This document shows positions 62,922-64,000 of a stretch of DNA of 64,000 nucleotides, piece by piece. The position numbers and the translations under genes were made by a program. Each line of letters opens with the position of its first letter. The stretch's first letter is position 1. Source of the DNA: Rhizodiscina lignyota (Eukaryota); contig ML978123.1 of NCBI GenBank assembly GCA_010015805.1, forward strand, positions 744,001 through 808,000, given 5' to 3'. The notes under the pieces were generated by a model. It did not search any database, was not told where the DNA came from, and saw only the letters and a program-made list of their open reading frames with translations.

Positions 62922-63898
62922 CTAGCCTTTTCCAGCATAGTCATTCTCCCAGACCTCATCAAATGTCTTCTGATTGACTGCAAAGTCTCGAAGGTACTCC
63001 CTCTCGAGGTCATGCGTCCTTCTTCCCAGCAACACCACACTGTGAAGCGGCTTGCCCACGTCAACGTCGCATAGCTCTTCCAATGTCCCAACCACAAACG
63101 TCTGGTCTTTTGCGCCTACTCTCGCTGCTCCAACAGCCAAACTGCGAGGTCCGTAGACAGCTTCCTTCCTCTCCTCTTCAACCTCCAACATCTGACTCGC
63201 GCATGTCGCCACGCTCATGTATCTCGGTTGCTCATACACGATCTTGCCACGGGCCAGCATGTCCAGATTAGGCTCCTTGACCTTGATGTCCAGCAATATC
63301 AACGTATGCAAGCCGATTTGTACATTCTCTTTCACGCGGTCGTAGAACGACGACGGTTTCCACGTCTCAGTAAAGAACACCATTGAGACGGTCTGTCCGA
63401 AGTTGTAGAGTTGTAGGCCACAGGCTCCAATGGCCGAGAGAATAGAGGCATTGGGAATCGAGGTGTAGGCGATATTCAGTGCGCGAGCGCGGAGGAGGAG
63501 GTCTGTGTGGGTTGTTGCGCTACAATCGACTCTATAAGCGTGATTTCAGATACAAGAAGGGTGTAGAATTACCCAAATGGGTCGCCAACGACGAGGAATG
63601 CTACATCGACTTTGTCTGCGTCGGCGAGGATAGTGTCGCTGGACGACTCGACCATTTCGCGGTCGGCTATGATTACAGACCTCCCATAGAAAGCTTCCTA
63701 CTGATGGCGACCATATCTATTAGCCTACGTATTCCGCAGCAGTTAAATGGCATGATCATTCACCAATTGCTCCTTGTCGACCAAAAGGACTGCAGTGTAT
63801 GCTTCCAGATACACCCTCTCGGCCTTTTTTACGACGTCGAGGCCTTTGACAGTGATGTCAGTCTCATCGGCCAGACCGAGGCCTACGAGGTAGAGCAT
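62922..63898 (-). CDS. DPH5: Diphthine methyl ester synthase
   Basis: [70 protein letters not shown] and [12 protein letters not shown]. Two introns. Confidence 0.97.
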
Positions 63899-64000
63899 TT
63901 TTGTCGTATCTCTCTGGATCGTCGACAATGTTGCAGCGACGTGGGTATCTGCACAGTCTGATCAGAATTAGATGTGGCTTGAGAGCACTGGCCATGGACA

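Noticed and set aside
63479..63961. 160-aa plus-strand ORF
   Set aside because: Antisense shadow of the DPH5 exons.

Overview
Gene-dense, intron-containing genomic DNA from a filamentous ascomycete (Pezizomycotina; Dothideomycete-like is inferred from gene content and arrangement, not proven). I see no prokaryotic features, CRISPR arrays, rRNA/tRNA genes or intact transposons. Recognisable genes are an HSL-family alpha/beta hydrolase (5'-truncated), ERG5, a rhodanese, an Mms1/DDB1-like beta-propeller, a GYP8-like TBC GAP, a co-oriented niaD-niiA nitrate assimilation pair with NirA/GATA-type sites, BOS1, LAT1, SEC7, an ABHD4/5-like hydrolase, SPO7, an OM14-like protein, a RING-H2 E3 ligase, an RRN5-like protein, a FUSC/ArAE-like membrane protein and DPH5. 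Five things stand out. (1) A tandem triplet of diverged paralogs (about 2.0-8.2 kb) shares a roughly 200-aa C-terminal domain I cannot assign to a known family; the third copy has a TAG at a splice junction. (2) A tandem pair of intron-split Myb/SANT-like paralogs at 29.3-31.5 kb is largely missed by the ORF track. (3) The OM14-like gene needs a 2-nt micro-exon to stay in frame. (4) An isolated ankyrin relic is present. (5) A His-rich orphan ORF is present. All gene models were read by eye and no database searches were run.
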